This document shows positions 37,101 through 49,433 of a stretch of DNA of 64,000 nucleotides, in pieces. The position numbers were made by a program, and so were the translations under genes. The notes beneath the pieces are model-generated. The model saw only the letters and a program-made list of their open reading frames with translations, ran no database searches and had not been told where the DNA came from. Each line of letters opens with the position of its first letter. Within the stretch, counting starts at the first letter, position 1. The stretch is taken from NCBI GenBank assembly GCA_012862495.1, contig BLSG01000137.1, positions 13,794-77,793 of the forward strand, written 5' to 3'. This stretch comes from Thraustochytrium aureum. Its lineage: Eukaryota.

Positions 37101-40100
37101 GTGCTGGCGTACAACGCCACCATGGCACAGTTTGTGCGCCGCCTCCGACCAAGAGCTGGGTTGTATCTCGCAAAGCGACGCGCCGTCAACAGCATCAGCC
37201 CAGCCGTGCACAGCAGAAAGCCCGCCGGTTCGATAGGGTTGACGCGAGGTGATGTGAGGACTGCGCCAAAGCAGACCACAGTTCGAAGGCTGATGCTCCA
37301 GACCGCAAAGTATGTGGACATGCGGACCACTGCGTACTCGCGCCTTCGTGCCGCGCGCCGCGTGGCGATCACAACAAACACGGCCGCGCCAACGCCGCCA
37401 GCAACGCTCCAAATTACGTGGGCCGGGTCCTGCCAGCACTGCACGCTCGGCGCAGATCGTACAACGACCTGATCGGCAAACTCGAAAAAGTGGTTTCCAA
37501 GGGCCTCGTCTGTGAACTTGCACTCCCACGGCGCCAAGAGGCCTAACAGGAGAGGCACGTACATTGTGTCGAGGGCGAAATCCTCGACAGCTGCCTTGAG
37601 CGGGAGCCAGTGTCTCCTCGAGCCCGGCGCCCGCTGAATGCCACGCCGCATGACAAGCCACGTCCCAAACAGGACAAGACCAAGGCCGAGAGGCACCAAT
37701 GGACCTGCAATCGGCAATACGTGACCGGCGCTCAAGTGTGTCACCCAGTAGAGGGCCGCAGAAAATATGTCATCGCTCTTCGGCACGCTCGGGTGCCAAA
37801 ACACGAGGCACGCGAATTGGGGCAGGGCAGTCAGCACTCGAGCTCGAAACGCAAGGAGCGTGGGCCACTCAGGAGGAGGCTTGACAAGCTCGTCCACTTC
37901 GCCGAAGCGAGAGCGGTCGGCGTTCCACCCATAAATGAGCGAGACGACAATCCAGCACACCGCGAGGACGGGGGCGCTCGCTTTCAAAAAGGTGTCGCGG
38001 ATCGGCTCTACTTGCGCCGGGGTTTCGACGCCGAAAACGTCAGAGTGGAGCAGAAAGGCGGGGTTTGCGCCGCTCGGCATCTTGACGCAGACGGTCATGT
38101 TGACCACGCTTAGGTGCCGAGGCACGGCCCACGAGAACCGATGCTGGACCAGAACTTGGTCGTCTGCCCGCAGCGCAGGCATTCGCTTCACCTCGCCGAC
38201 GTCAGCAAAGGCGTTGTCAGTGCCAGCTTCACAAATGTGCACGGTCGCGTTGAAGAAGCCACGCAGATTGACGTCCACCTCGATTGTGTCAACTCCGCGT
38301 TTTGCGACATAGTAGACGTGGTTGTAAAGGGAGCCAAGATAGGTGGCGCGCGATGTGTCGAAGAGGAAGGCTTCCACGATGGTCATTCCTTCGTTTGTGT
38401 ACCGTCTCGCAACCGCGGGATGGTCGGCCGCCCAAAGCGCAGCCTTTTCGTCGATGTTGTTGAGGAGAAACATGTAGCCGTCGTTTGCCATATTGAATGG
38501 CGAGCTTGACCGCTCAGGACAGCTGCGATGCGAGGAGAAGCAAGCCACGGGACGTCAGCAAGCGCTATGGTGCCGCGCCCAGCTCGAGAAGCGGACAGGG
38601 GGCCAGCCAGCAAAGCACGATCAACTTACTAGTACCCTTGCTCCTCGCAAAGGATTGGCTCGCTCGCGTTGGCCGGGCAGTAGTGGTTCAATGGGCACTT
38701 GATCTCACGAGTAGAGCTGCTACCCGGCGGACAATAGTATCGCGCCGCGCAGCCCCCGCTTTCCACGCACGACGGATCAGCCTCGGACTGGCAGTAGCAC
38801 TCCTCCAAGGCGACCCGTGACCAACGCTGAGAAAAGCCCCCACCAGGGCACAAAAACTCGTCGCGGCTCTTGGTTCCTTCGGGACAGTAGCGCCCGGGCA
38901 AGCACAAGTTCACAAACGGATTGACCGTCCCTGGCTCGCAAAAGTGGCCCTCGGGGCAGATACTAGTGCAGTTTATGGTTCCTTCGACGCCGGACCAAAA
39001 CCCGGCTGGGCAGGGATTCTCCGTGTCCGAGGCAGTGCCGGCGGGGCACGCGTGGCCGCGCGCGCACAGAATCGTAGGTGCACCAGTGCCGGCTGGGCAA
39101 GCAAAGCCCTCCCAGCAGGTGTTGGCGGTATAGTTTGTGGTCCCTGCTGGGCAGAAGAATCCAGCAGGACAGGGGGCAGGGTTCGATTCTGTAGACCCCT
39201 CTGGGCACCAGCTTCCCATATCACAAGGTCCCTCGCAATCGCTACTCACCTGGTTGACGAGGCTGGCGAATCGACCAGCAGGGCACGGGCTTGGCTCTGG
39301 GGTTCCAGCCTTGCAATAGTGGCCAGCTGGGCAGTCCTGCTGGCGCGAGGACGTGCTGCCCGGCTGGCAATAGTAGCCTGCTTCACAGGCGCCGGAACAT
39401 GTTGCGCTTTCTTCCGTGCTCGCGCTTCCAAATCGTCCAGCGGGACAAAGCTGAAGCTGCTTGGATCCCAGCGAGCCGTCGCAGAAATGCCCAGTGGGGC
39501 AGTCAGCGTGTTCAGTGTCGCTTGTGGAGCCTTCTGGGCAGTACTTGCCCGGCGAGCTGCGGCAGGGTCCCGAGCAGGTCGCTTCGAGGAGGCCCAGCTC
39601 GCTTCCAAAGTATCCCACAGGGCACCTGGTTGGCTCGCTTGAGCCTTCTGGGCAAAAGTGACCAATCGGACACACGACCTCAGTGGCGCTCACAGACCCT
39701 TCAGGGCAATAGTATCCAGCGGCGCAGGCGCCGGAGCAGTCAGGATGGATGAGCCTCGCTTCGCTGCCAAAGCGGCCTGCCGGGCACTGAATTGGGGCCC
39801 CGCTCGCCTCGGGGCAATAGCTGCCTGTTGGGCAGGTCTCCTGTTGCGCCGACGTCGACGCAGCAGGGCAATAGTACCCTGGCGCGCATGGTCCAGAGCA
39901 GTTGGCCTCCACCAGACCAGCGCTCGACCCGTACGTGCCCGGCGGGCATTCATAAACAAACAAGTCGCGAAAGCAAAAGTATCCTGGAGGGCACGCAGAC
40001 GCCGCCCCGTTTGCCGCGCTCCACACCGCGACCACCAACGCAACAGCAAGCGCGACCGCGACGGCGGCCGCGACCGCAGCATGCCGCCTCCCATGCGCGC

Positions 40101-40266
40101 ATCCCCACGTCCTCGCGTCCCGCGGCCGTCGCCCGGCAGCCCTCGCCAAAGCCTCTGCACCGCCAAGAGCGGCATCATCCGGCGCGACAGCATACGCGGC
40201 CTTGCCCGTTAGCGCGCCTGCCGCCACGGGCCACATCGTCCATCGCCGAGTCTTCCGCGCATCCAT
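34177..40266 (-). CDS. ~2000-aa receptor-like protein: hydrophobic leader, Cys-rich CPxGxYC repeats, multi-TM core, helical region and RNI-like LRRs; intron 38523-38629
   Basis: A 107-nt GTAAGT...CGCAG intron joins ORF 38629-40371 to ORF 34196-38548 as ...EEQGY-YCPERSS...; LRRs LVSLDLQNAGL, LASLKLSGNVVG, LRSLDLSEN, LAVLDLSMNEITDVG; probable terminal frameshift to the stop at 34177. Confidence 0.85.
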
Positions 40267-40929
40267 CGCGCCACCGGCGTAAGGCCTCGCCTCTATTCCA
40301 AGTCTGCCGCTCCTCCAGCTCCGCCTCCGCCACCATCTCGTCTCCTCCACTTGCTCCACTTGCTCCTCCACCTCGTCCTCCTCGTACTCTCAATGCCTTG
40401 GCCCAGATAGATCGCGTTACCGCCCCCATACATTCTCCTGTCTGACGCACACTTTCGTAACGCATCTATTATTCACGGAGGTCTNNNNNNNNNNNNNNNN
40501 NNNNNNNNNNNNNNNNNNNNNNNNNNNNNNNNNNNNNNNNNNNNNNNNNNNNNNNNNNNNNNNNNNNNNNNNNNNNNNNNNNNNNNNNNNNNNNNNNNNN
40601 NNNNNNNNNNNNNNNNNNNNNNNNNNNNNNNNNNNNNNNNNNNNNNNNNNNNNNNNNNNNNNNNNNNNNNNNNNNNNNNNNNNNNNNNNNNNNNNNNNNN
40701 NNNNNNNNNNNNGTCGAGAGCGGCAAGCCCCGAGCTGCTGGCAGCACGCTCGTTGGTCTGGACGACGGCGGCTGTGGTGCTGCTGCTCGCTCTGCTCGCG
40801 CCGCGCGCGCTGCGCTGCTCGCACTGCGCTCGTGCTGCGTGGGAGAGCAACTCAGGACGCCGCTGGTCGAAGGCCGGGCAAGGCAAGGGGCGCTGAGGCC
40901 CGGAGTTGCGACTGCGTACTACGCCGGGG

Positions 40930-43900
40930 ATGCATGCGGGATGGAATAGGCTGCAGCTTGCCGGCGAGCGGTCGAAACGCACCAACCCCCCAAAGCCCGC
41001 TCACGGGCTCCCCAGCCCGTGGCTGCCTAAAAGGAGCCGGCGGAGACTGCTACCCCCTGTGACGGATCGCAAAGATGACGGGGCAGCGTCAAACTGGGCA
41101 CGCGGTACAGACTCAATCGATCCTGCAGGCGGGGCCGAGCACAGGGTTATGTTTCTTATTGGCCAGCGCGAAAAGCTCCTGGACTGGTGCACAAGTTCCA
41201 GGAGCAACGCTAAAAGGGCGCGTCTCGAAAAGCAGCTTCGGCGCTGCTCTGAACAGATCCTCGAGGCAATTAGGTTGTGGCAAACGATCTGCGGGGACGG
41301 GACCAGATCCTTCGCCTGGAACGGACACGCGTCGTACGAAACCAAAATGACCCGCGACTTTGCCAAATTGAGCGTGCAGCTCGAGGCAGCCGAGGCGGCC
41401 GAAGCAAGCAGGGTGCGCCATTGCCTTGGTGGCGCTCCAGTCATGCCGCGTGAGAATTGGGGGGCAGGCAGGATTCGCCAGCAGGGCAGACCCTTTCTGG
41501 ACGGTAAAGTCGAGGGCGTTGGTCGTTCCTTGAGCGAAGACGCGAGGTCCGACGAGGAAGCAGGTTCTGCAGATGGCCTCAGCTTGGAGGCGAGACAGTC
41601 AAGCTCGTTCGAGCATGAGGAAGTTGATGTATTTCTCAGGGAGGATCCCGCATTTCCCTGCAGCAACAATGACGGCAACCTCAATTCTCAAAGCGCTCGA
41701 GCGTGTCAGATCCCAACGGACGACGACCAGCTCAGTTTAACCACGGTTCAGGCCGTGGCACGTGGCATGCTCGCTCGGCGGCGCGCGAGGCGCCTCTGCG
41801 TTGCACGTGCCGAAGTCGCACGAATCCGGGCACAGCGCGAAGCGAGAACTCGCAGACTTCACGAGGCGGCCGTATGCATCCAGCGGCATGAACGCGGCAG
41901 GCACGGCAGGGCATGCGCAAAGGATCTGCTGGAGCTGGTAAAGCAAACGCGCAGCGCTGACGCAATTTCCCGCATTGCGCGCGGCAGGCTTGCGCGGCGC
42001 AATGCAGCGCGCCGCCGTCTCGCAGCGTCCACAATACAGCGCGGCTTCCGCGAAAGCCGCGCTCGAAAAGACCAAGCCGCCAGGGCGATTCAAACCTCGC
42101 TTGTGCCAGCGTGGCGCGCAAAGAAAGCCGCGCAGGCTTCGCGGCGAGCATCGCAACTCCGACTATGGCAAGCGCTTGCAGAGTCAGGGCATCGGTTGCT
42201 CTGCACGCGAGTCCGCCTGATCCAAGACCGGCGTCGCACGTGCGCCCAGGTGGTTGTCAGGGCCGTTCGAAGCGTTTGCCTCGCGCGCCGGCGCGCTGCA
42301 ACCACAGTGCAGTCGTGGTGGCTTGGGGCAAAGCAGCGGCGGAACTACGTAGCCTTCAACGCAGGAGTCCTCCTCGTACAGGCCAGGTGGAGGGGCCTGC
42401 GCTCACGCAAAGCTGTCGCAGAGACTTGGGCGAAGGCCGCGGTGGCGCAAGAAGCCGCGATCGGCAGTCTTTCGCGTGCGTCAGCTTCAGGCATCCTGCT
42501 GCAAGCGCTGTCGAACCACCTTCGGACCCGCGATGCTGCAGCGAAAACGTTGGCGAGAGCAGCTCGGAAGGCCATTGCACGCCGGCGGGCGGCAGCGGTC
42601 GCCATCATTGCTGCCCTACGTAAGGTTCGAAGGGCTCGGCTTGAAAGGCAGCGACGCGCGTCTCGCATGATCGCTGCAGCTATACGACGCGCCGCGCGGC
42701 AACGCTGCGAATCGAAGGTGGCAGCGCAGCAAGCACGCGTCGCGCTTGCCCGCGCCAAGCGGGACGCCGCAAGGCTCGCGATCGACGCAGTGCTTCGGCG
42801 AGTTGCTGAGCGGCGTGCGGCTGCTTTGGTCGTCGTCAACGCGATCCGCAGGCGCGCTCTTGAGCGAAACCAAGCGGCGCGAACAGTCACGTCGGCGGTG
42901 CGCGCTCGCGCTCGACGCCGTCGGAACTGCGCGGCTCTCCTCCTAGGCTTTGTACGGCGTCTTGGGCTGCGCCGCCAGCTGGCTGCACGCATGCTAACTC
43001 GATTCCTCGTGCGTGCTGGGTCGGTGCGCCGTCAACGAGCTCNNNNNNNNNNNNNNNNNNNNNNNNNNNNNNNNNNNNNNNNNNNNNNNNNNNNNNNNNN
43101 NNNNNNNNNNNNNNNNNNNNNNNNNNNNNNNNNNNNNNNNNNNNNNNNNNNNNNNNNNNNNNNNNNNNNNNNNNNNNNNNNNNNNNNNNNNNNNNNNNNN
43201 NNNNNNNNNNNNNNNNNNNNNNNNNNNNNNNNNNNNNNNNNNNNNNNNNNNNNNNNNNNNNNNNNNNNNNNNNNNNNNNNNNNNNNNNNNNNNNNNNNNN
43301 NNNNNNNNNNNNNNNNNNNNNNNNNNNNNNNNNNNNNNNNNNNNNNNNNNNNNNNNNNNNNNNNNNNNNNNNNNNNNNNNNNNNNNNNNNNNNNNNNNNN
43401 NNNNNNNNNNNNNNNNNNNNNNNNNNNNNNNNNNNNNNNNNNNNNNNNNNNNNNNNNNNNNNNNNNNNNNNNNNNNNNNNNNNNNNNNNNNNNNNNNNNN
43501 NNNNNNNNNNNNNNNNNNNNNNNNNNNNNNNNNNNNNNNNNNNNNNNNNNNNNNNNNNNNNNNNNNNNNNNNNNNNNNNNNNNNNNNNNNNNNNNNNNNN
43601 NNNNNNNNNNNNNNNNNNNNNNNNNNNNNNNNNNNNNNNNNNNNNNNNNNNNNNNNNNNNNNNNNNNNNNNNNNNNNNNNNNNNNNNNNNNNNNNNNNNN
43701 NNNNNNNNNNNNNNNNNNNNNNNNNNNNNNNNNNNNNNNNNNNNNNNNNNNNNNNNNNNNNNNNNNNNNNNNNNNNNNNNNNNNATTTAGCCTGCGCTAG
43801 AGTTTCCAGGAGTGCTGCGATCGTCACTGCGGCGGTGCGGCGCGCTGGCGCAAATCGCAGGTCCGCGGCGTGCGTTGCATTGCAGCGCGTCGCGCGCGGG

Positions 43901-44161
43901 CGCCGAGGTCGCAAGCTGGCATTTCGTGAGCGCCTGGGAGCACGCCGAGCTCTCCTGGCCCGCGCCACCGCGATGGCCGCGGAGCAATTAGACGCACAGT
44001 CCGTGCCGCTGCCGATACGCGCGAGAGCGCGCCCGCGAAGCGACCTCGGCTTGCTGGAGCTCAAGCGCCGCGCACTGGGGCAGCGGTCATTCCTGAGCGC
44101 GTTCGCACGCCAGGAGGCTCAGGCTCGGCTGGAGCTCGGCGCACCGACGCTTTGGGGATGA
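40930..44161 (+). CDS. IQ-motif-rich, Arg/Ala-rich protein (calmodulin-binding repeats; internal gap)
   Basis: Many IQxxxRGxxxR-like motifs: VQAVARGMLAR, IQRHERGRHGR, VQARWRGLRSR, LQRVARGRRGR. Start uncertain. Confidence 0.65.
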
Positions 44162-44323
44162 TCAGCCCCGCGGCCAGATGTGCGCCTTTTGCGAAAACGA
44201 TCAACGCATGCATCCAACTCTTTCACGTTGACGGGCATGAGGAGGCTTGGCGATGACGACATACGCTGGCTGCCCCATTTGCCGCGTACAACGGGGCACC
44301 TTCGACGCGCGACTCTTGGGCAA

Positions 44324-45497
44324 CTAGCCAGAGACCCAGCGCACCGAGAGAGTCGCACGCTGGAGGCCCTCCTCCGCAAGCGTCCTGTCTTTGCTGTCCT
44401 TGAGGGACTTGGGCGGGAAGCCAGCGACGAGCATGTCGAATGGGCGCGTCTCGGTCTCTGGGACCTCGGAGGCCACAAGGGCAAAGAGCTGCGAAACCCT
44501 TTGCGAAGTGAGGAATGCGCGGTTGATCGTCTTGCCGCTGAAAAGTCGTATCCTGACCTGGGTGGCGTCCGCGTGCGACTTGTCTGGTTCGCTCTCGAGC
44601 GGCTCGTAGGCGATCTTCATGCCCGAGCTCTGAACTGACGAGTCCTGAGCCTCGACGAGGGATTGGCCCTGCGGCTCCGGCGGAGGCGCAGGAGCAGGTT
44701 GCACAGTTGCGCTTGGTTTGGGCAAGTCGCGCGGGGCCTCCTGCACAGCTGGCCGCGGGGCGGCAGCCGGCGGCGCACCCATCGAGTTTGCGTCCAGAAA
44801 GCTCGACACTTTGTCGAGGAACGCGCTTCGAAGATCATTCGGGTCGCTCTCGTTCGCCTTTGTCTTCAGGTTGAGGAGCAGGACCTGCTCTCCAGTGCGA
44901 GGGTCAATCACGGCAATGTGCGGAAAGTCTGTGGGCTTGTAGAAGCGTGAATACTGCTGCGCCTCTGAGTCGTTGTGGTCGTGCTGGAAGAATACAAAGC
45001 TGGACGTCACGATGTCCTTGATCAGGTCCGACTGCCAGAGGTCGCGGTTGAGCACATAGGAGAAAAACTCATCGTCCTGCTGGATGTTTACGAGAATCCA
45101 GCGCTTGTTTATCCGCGCGAACTCGCGCGCATTCTCGAACGACCCGGCGAAACAGGATGTCGCGTGGCGGCTGAAACAGGGTCTGGAGGCTTTGTTGCTC
45201 TTGCGCTGCGCCGCCGTTGTCGTCAACGTAGTCGTAATCATCCTCGCCATCCTCGTGTCCTTGCCGCGCGCTAACTTGCCGTGCACCCAGCGCGAGCTCA
45301 GTATCGAACGCAGCCGAGCTCCCCCCCAAGCCGTTGCGTTGCTCCTCCAGCCGTTTCTCGCGCGTGAGTGCCTCGATTTGACGAATCTCTTGCTCAAAGT
45401 TGCGAAACTTGACCTGGGCGCCGGCGACAGCGCCTCCCAGGCCGCTAAACCCGGACGATTGACTGACGAGGCGGCCCGTGGTTCGCGCGATCGGGGC
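44324..45497 (-). CDS. UBX-domain protein with UAS domain (UBXN7/Ubx5-like p97 adaptor), 5' in gap, frameshift ~45148
   Basis: LFQPPRDILF/AGSFENAR...KRWILVNIQQDDEF...LNRDLW...FPHIAVIDPRTGE (UAS); TQVRIRL...RAF...GFPPK...TLAEEGL (UBX). Confidence 0.88.
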
Positions 45498-45953
45498 NNN
45501 NNNNNNNNNNNNNNNNNNNNNNNNNNNNNNNNNNNNNNNNNNNNNNNNNNNNNNNNNNNNNNNNNNNNNNNNNNNNNNNNNNNNNNNNNNNNNNNNNNNN
45601 NNNNNNNNNNNNNNNNNNNNNNNNNNNNNNNNNNNNNNNNNNNNNNNNNNNNNNNNNNNNNNNNNNNNNNNNNNNNNNNNNNNNNNNNNNNNNNNNNNNN
45701 NNNNNNNNNNNNNNNNNNNNNNNNNNNNNNNNNNNNNNNNNNNNNNNNNNNNNNNNNNNNNNNNNNNNNNNNNNNNNNNNNNNNNNNNNNNNNNNNNNNN
45801 NNNNNNNNNNNNNNNNNNNNNNNNNNNNNNNNNNNNNNNNNNNNNNNNNNNNNNNNNNNNNNNNNNNNNNNNNNNNNNNNNNNNNNNNNNNNNNNNNNNN
45901 NNNNNNNNNNNNNNNNNNNNNNNNNNNNNNNNNNNNNNNNNNNNNNNNNNNNN

Positions 45954-46975
45954 TAGTGCGCTGGCCAGGGAGAAGGAGATCGGCGAGGAGCGCCGGAAGA
46001 AGGTTGCCGAAGTTGACAAGATCGCCGCGCTGCTGGATGCCGAAGATGACGAGTTTGATGTGCACTGGGTGAGCCTTTCAGCCCGCAAGAAGGAGGACTT
46101 CGACGACAGTATCTCAAACTACCGCAAGCGCTTACGGGGCCGCCTCGCGCGCCTGGAAACCGAGCTATCCGATCGTGAGCTTCTTGCGCGCCTGGCGGCG
46201 GAGAAGACGCGCCTGAGGGACGACATTCGCTCTCTCAAGGCCGAAATCGATGGCGTGCGAGATGGCCTCCTGGAGTCGCGCAAGTCGCAGAGATTGGACG
46301 GTATGGGGTCCCTGATCAACAAGAAGCCGCTGTCAGCGTGCAAGACCAAGTTCGACCAAAACAATGGCTGGGTCAATGCTCCCGAGTTTGCCCTCTCCTT
46401 CGTCACGCACAGCGCATTCGAGGGCGTCCTTGCGGCGATGATCAGGGTCTGCGAAAACTTTTTCCTGGCAGGCAGCGAAGAGAGGCGCGTTCTCGAAGGT
46501 GCTTCCTTCGAGTATCCACTCGTTGTTGGTGCGAGCGGGAGTGGCAAGTCCCGCCTCTGTTGGGAGGCTGGTGGTGCGCTGGAGGGCACCCGGCGGCGCT
46601 CGGGCGGTTCGACTATTGATCAACTGCACAACGGCGAGTTACGACGATGCTACTGCCCAGAACGAGACGGGTGAAGAGAAAACACAGAGGACCACGCACC
46701 TTTTAGCCCGCGTTCTGATGGACGGGTTCCTCAGCGAGTCCAACGCCAAGGCTTATGACGGCAGCCTTGGTGACGTGCTCAAGCGCATCCGCACAGACGC
46801 GAATGTACGTCTTGTGTTTCAGCAGATTGACGAGTACTCGGACAACCCAGTTCTCACTCGCATGCTGCTGCGAGCCTGCCGAGACTTGTTCTTGAAAGTT
46901 GCCGGGAGGCTCCTTTGGCGTGAAACAGAAGGATCGAGTGCTCGTTTTGCCCGCACTGAGTGATCAATCAAGATC
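45954..46975 (+). pseudogene. Coiled coil + P-loop NTPase fragment, frameshifted and apparently C-terminally truncated
   Basis: Walker A VVGASGSGKSRL, Walker B LVFQQIDEY, following strand VLVLPALS, then AT-rich sequence next to the gamma-tubulin 3' end. Confidence 0.5.
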
Positions 46976-47036
46976 TTCATCTTTTAAAAAAAACCTATGT
47001 AGAAGAACGGCGGACCCGGACCGCGCAGCTGCCCGG

Positions 47037-48643
47037 TCAGATGGTTGGCTCGAAGCGGCCCTTGCGAAGGTCGACGCCGTCCGAGTCAGGCTTGTCAAGA
47101 CCGTGCGCCGCTGCGATTGGGTCCTGGCCCCAGTTTACGTAGTCGGTGGTCTCGCTGGCCTGGTACTCGTCCGCCAGGCTCTGCACAATCTCCCGCGCGT
47201 TGTCAAACTCGTCAAGCGTGTCGGAAAACATGGGCTGCTTTTGGTAGTTGTCCAGGAAAGCATTGCGCTTGCGCAGGCGGTCGAACTGCCGAATCGCGCG
47301 CTTGAACAAGTCCTGCATGCACGTGTGGTTCGCGAGCATCATGCCGCTCACCTTGTGCTGCGTCTCCACGTAAGGCGACTTTCGCGAGAGCGCGACCTGG
47401 ATCGAGGCCGGCCCCCAGGGAATAAAGTTGGCCAATTTGCGCTCGCGGATGCGCTGCAGCGACTTGTGGACCTGCGTCGGGTCCACGTCGCCCTGGATGA
47501 TGTTGAGGATCGAAATGTAGCAGCCTTTGCGCGTCGAGGCAGAAACCATGATGTTCTTCGTCTGCAAGAGCCGGCGCATGACGTCCAGAACGGTCGTTTT
47601 CCGCACCGCACTGACCTGGGACTGGATTGTCAAGGGCGTGTACCCAGTCATGAGGAAGTGGCACCGCGGCGTGGGGATAAGCGAGGCCACCAGCCCGATG
47701 AGGTCGTTGTTCATGTAGCCAGGGTATCGCAGCGTGGTCGTGCTCGCGGCCATCACGGTCGAGACGAGCGAGTTGAGCTGCGAGACGCTCGGGTTGCTGA
47801 TCCGCAGTCGCTCGGTGGCAATCCGGTTCAGCGCCGTGTTGTCGAGCACGACGACACAGTCCGCGTTCAGGGCGAGCCGCTTGAGCGAAAGGATGCTGTT
47901 GTAGGGCTGAACGACCACATCGGAAGTGCCGACGCCAACACCGGCGCTGTCCTCGTGGCTCTGGTTGGGGAACACCGAGTACGTTTGGATGAGCTTTTTC
48001 GGAAAGTGGTCGTTGAGCCGCTCCAACAGGTACGAACCCATCCCCGACCCTGTCCCGCCTGCGATGGAGTGGCACAAGACGAAGCCCTCAAGGCTCTCGC
48101 TGTTGTCGGCCTCGCGGTCGATCATATCCATAAGCTCTTCGTGGAGCTTCTCGCCTTGCGCGTGGCCGCTCGCCCAGTTGTTGCCGGCGCCCCCGCCGTC
48201 TTTGGACACGAAGATGTTCTCCGGGTTGAACAGATTGCGATACGGCGAGTTCAGAATACCATTGATCACGCGCGGCTCCAGATCCATCAGGATGGCGCGC
48301 GGAAGGTACTGCTCGTTATCAGCTTCGGAGAAGAAGACGTCTTTGCGGTCGGTGCCGTTGAGTGCGAATGGCTGCAGGACGCCGTCCGGTCCGATGCCGT
48401 GCTCAGCAGAGATCTGTTTCCAAAACTCGCTGCCGACTGCGCGAGACACGCACGATCAGCGTCAGGTGCGAGCGCGCAATAAGCGAGCCAGGGGCGAGCC
48501 AGGTCCAGGCCGCGGCCCGACGCGCGCCTCGACGGAGACTGGCACGAAGACCCGACCCGATTCCGTCAAGCACTATCCTCCAACCGCCACTTACCCTGGT
48601 TGCCGCATTGCCCCACCTGGAGCGTCACAATCTCGCGCGGCAT
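47037..48643 (-). CDS. TUBG1: Gamma-tubulin, 2 exons (48643-48595, 48436-47037)
   Basis: [75 protein letters not shown]...GCAG intron 48437-48594. Confidence 0.98.
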
Positions 48644-49433
48644 CTCCCTCCTCCACGCCCCCCAGCCCCGCCGCCCCTGCTTGCCCGCGCGGCGCGCCGC
48701 CTTTTCAAGCTGCGAAGCCGGCGGTTTCGACGCGCGGGAGGCAACTCGGTTCGACCGCCGATCCCGGGCCGCCAGCTGCCGTTGGCGCCGACGCCGCTTC
48801 TCTCTCTCTCGACGCCGCCGCTTGTGCCGCCGCGTGTGCGTTCGATTGGCACGCTGTCGTGCTGGTGTTCGCGCGGGCGCCGCGTACAGAGTCTGCCAAC
48901 CGGCGCTCGCCAATTCGAAAAAAAAAAGCAAGCCACGTCCACGACAAGATTTTTACAACATGGACGATGGATGATGATCCCTGAACCAAGTGCGGGCCAG
49001 CTCGAACTCGGTAGTCGACCGGCTCGCTTGCCGAGGCAGGATGCCGGTCTTGCCCTTGACAGAGCAGACCTGCATGGATGGCATGGATGCATGGATGCAT
49101 TGATGGATGTGTGGCGCGCCGCACGACGGAAGCTAAAGCTTCAGCTTTGGCCAGGCAGGACCTGACGTTCGTGGTGGCGAACGCTGCGGTCCGAGGCCCT
49201 GCCGGGCTACCGCGGGTAGACAGAGTTTGGATGAGATTGCGGCCCGACGCGCCCCGTGCCTGGCGAAGCTTGTGCGCCTGTGCGGTTTCGCTCGGCTCGT
49301 GCGTTCGATGCCGCGAAACTGGCTTTCTCGGCGCCGACCTCAGTTGGCCGCATCGCCGTGCGGCGTCAATAGATAGGTTCGTAGGTTGGTTGGTAGGTAG
49401 AGTCGCTTGGTCTCTGCGGCCCTGTCGAGCTCG

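Noticed and set aside
38640..40010. Periodic repeats as a CRISPR-like or nucleotide repeat array
   Set aside because: Repeats are at the protein level (CPxGxYC) with diverged codons; no identical direct repeats with spacers.
46899..48984. Long plus-strand ORFs antisense to gamma-tubulin (and similar ones opposite SMC6 and other genes)
   Set aside because: Shadow ORFs expected from high GC3 codon bias; no domain signal.
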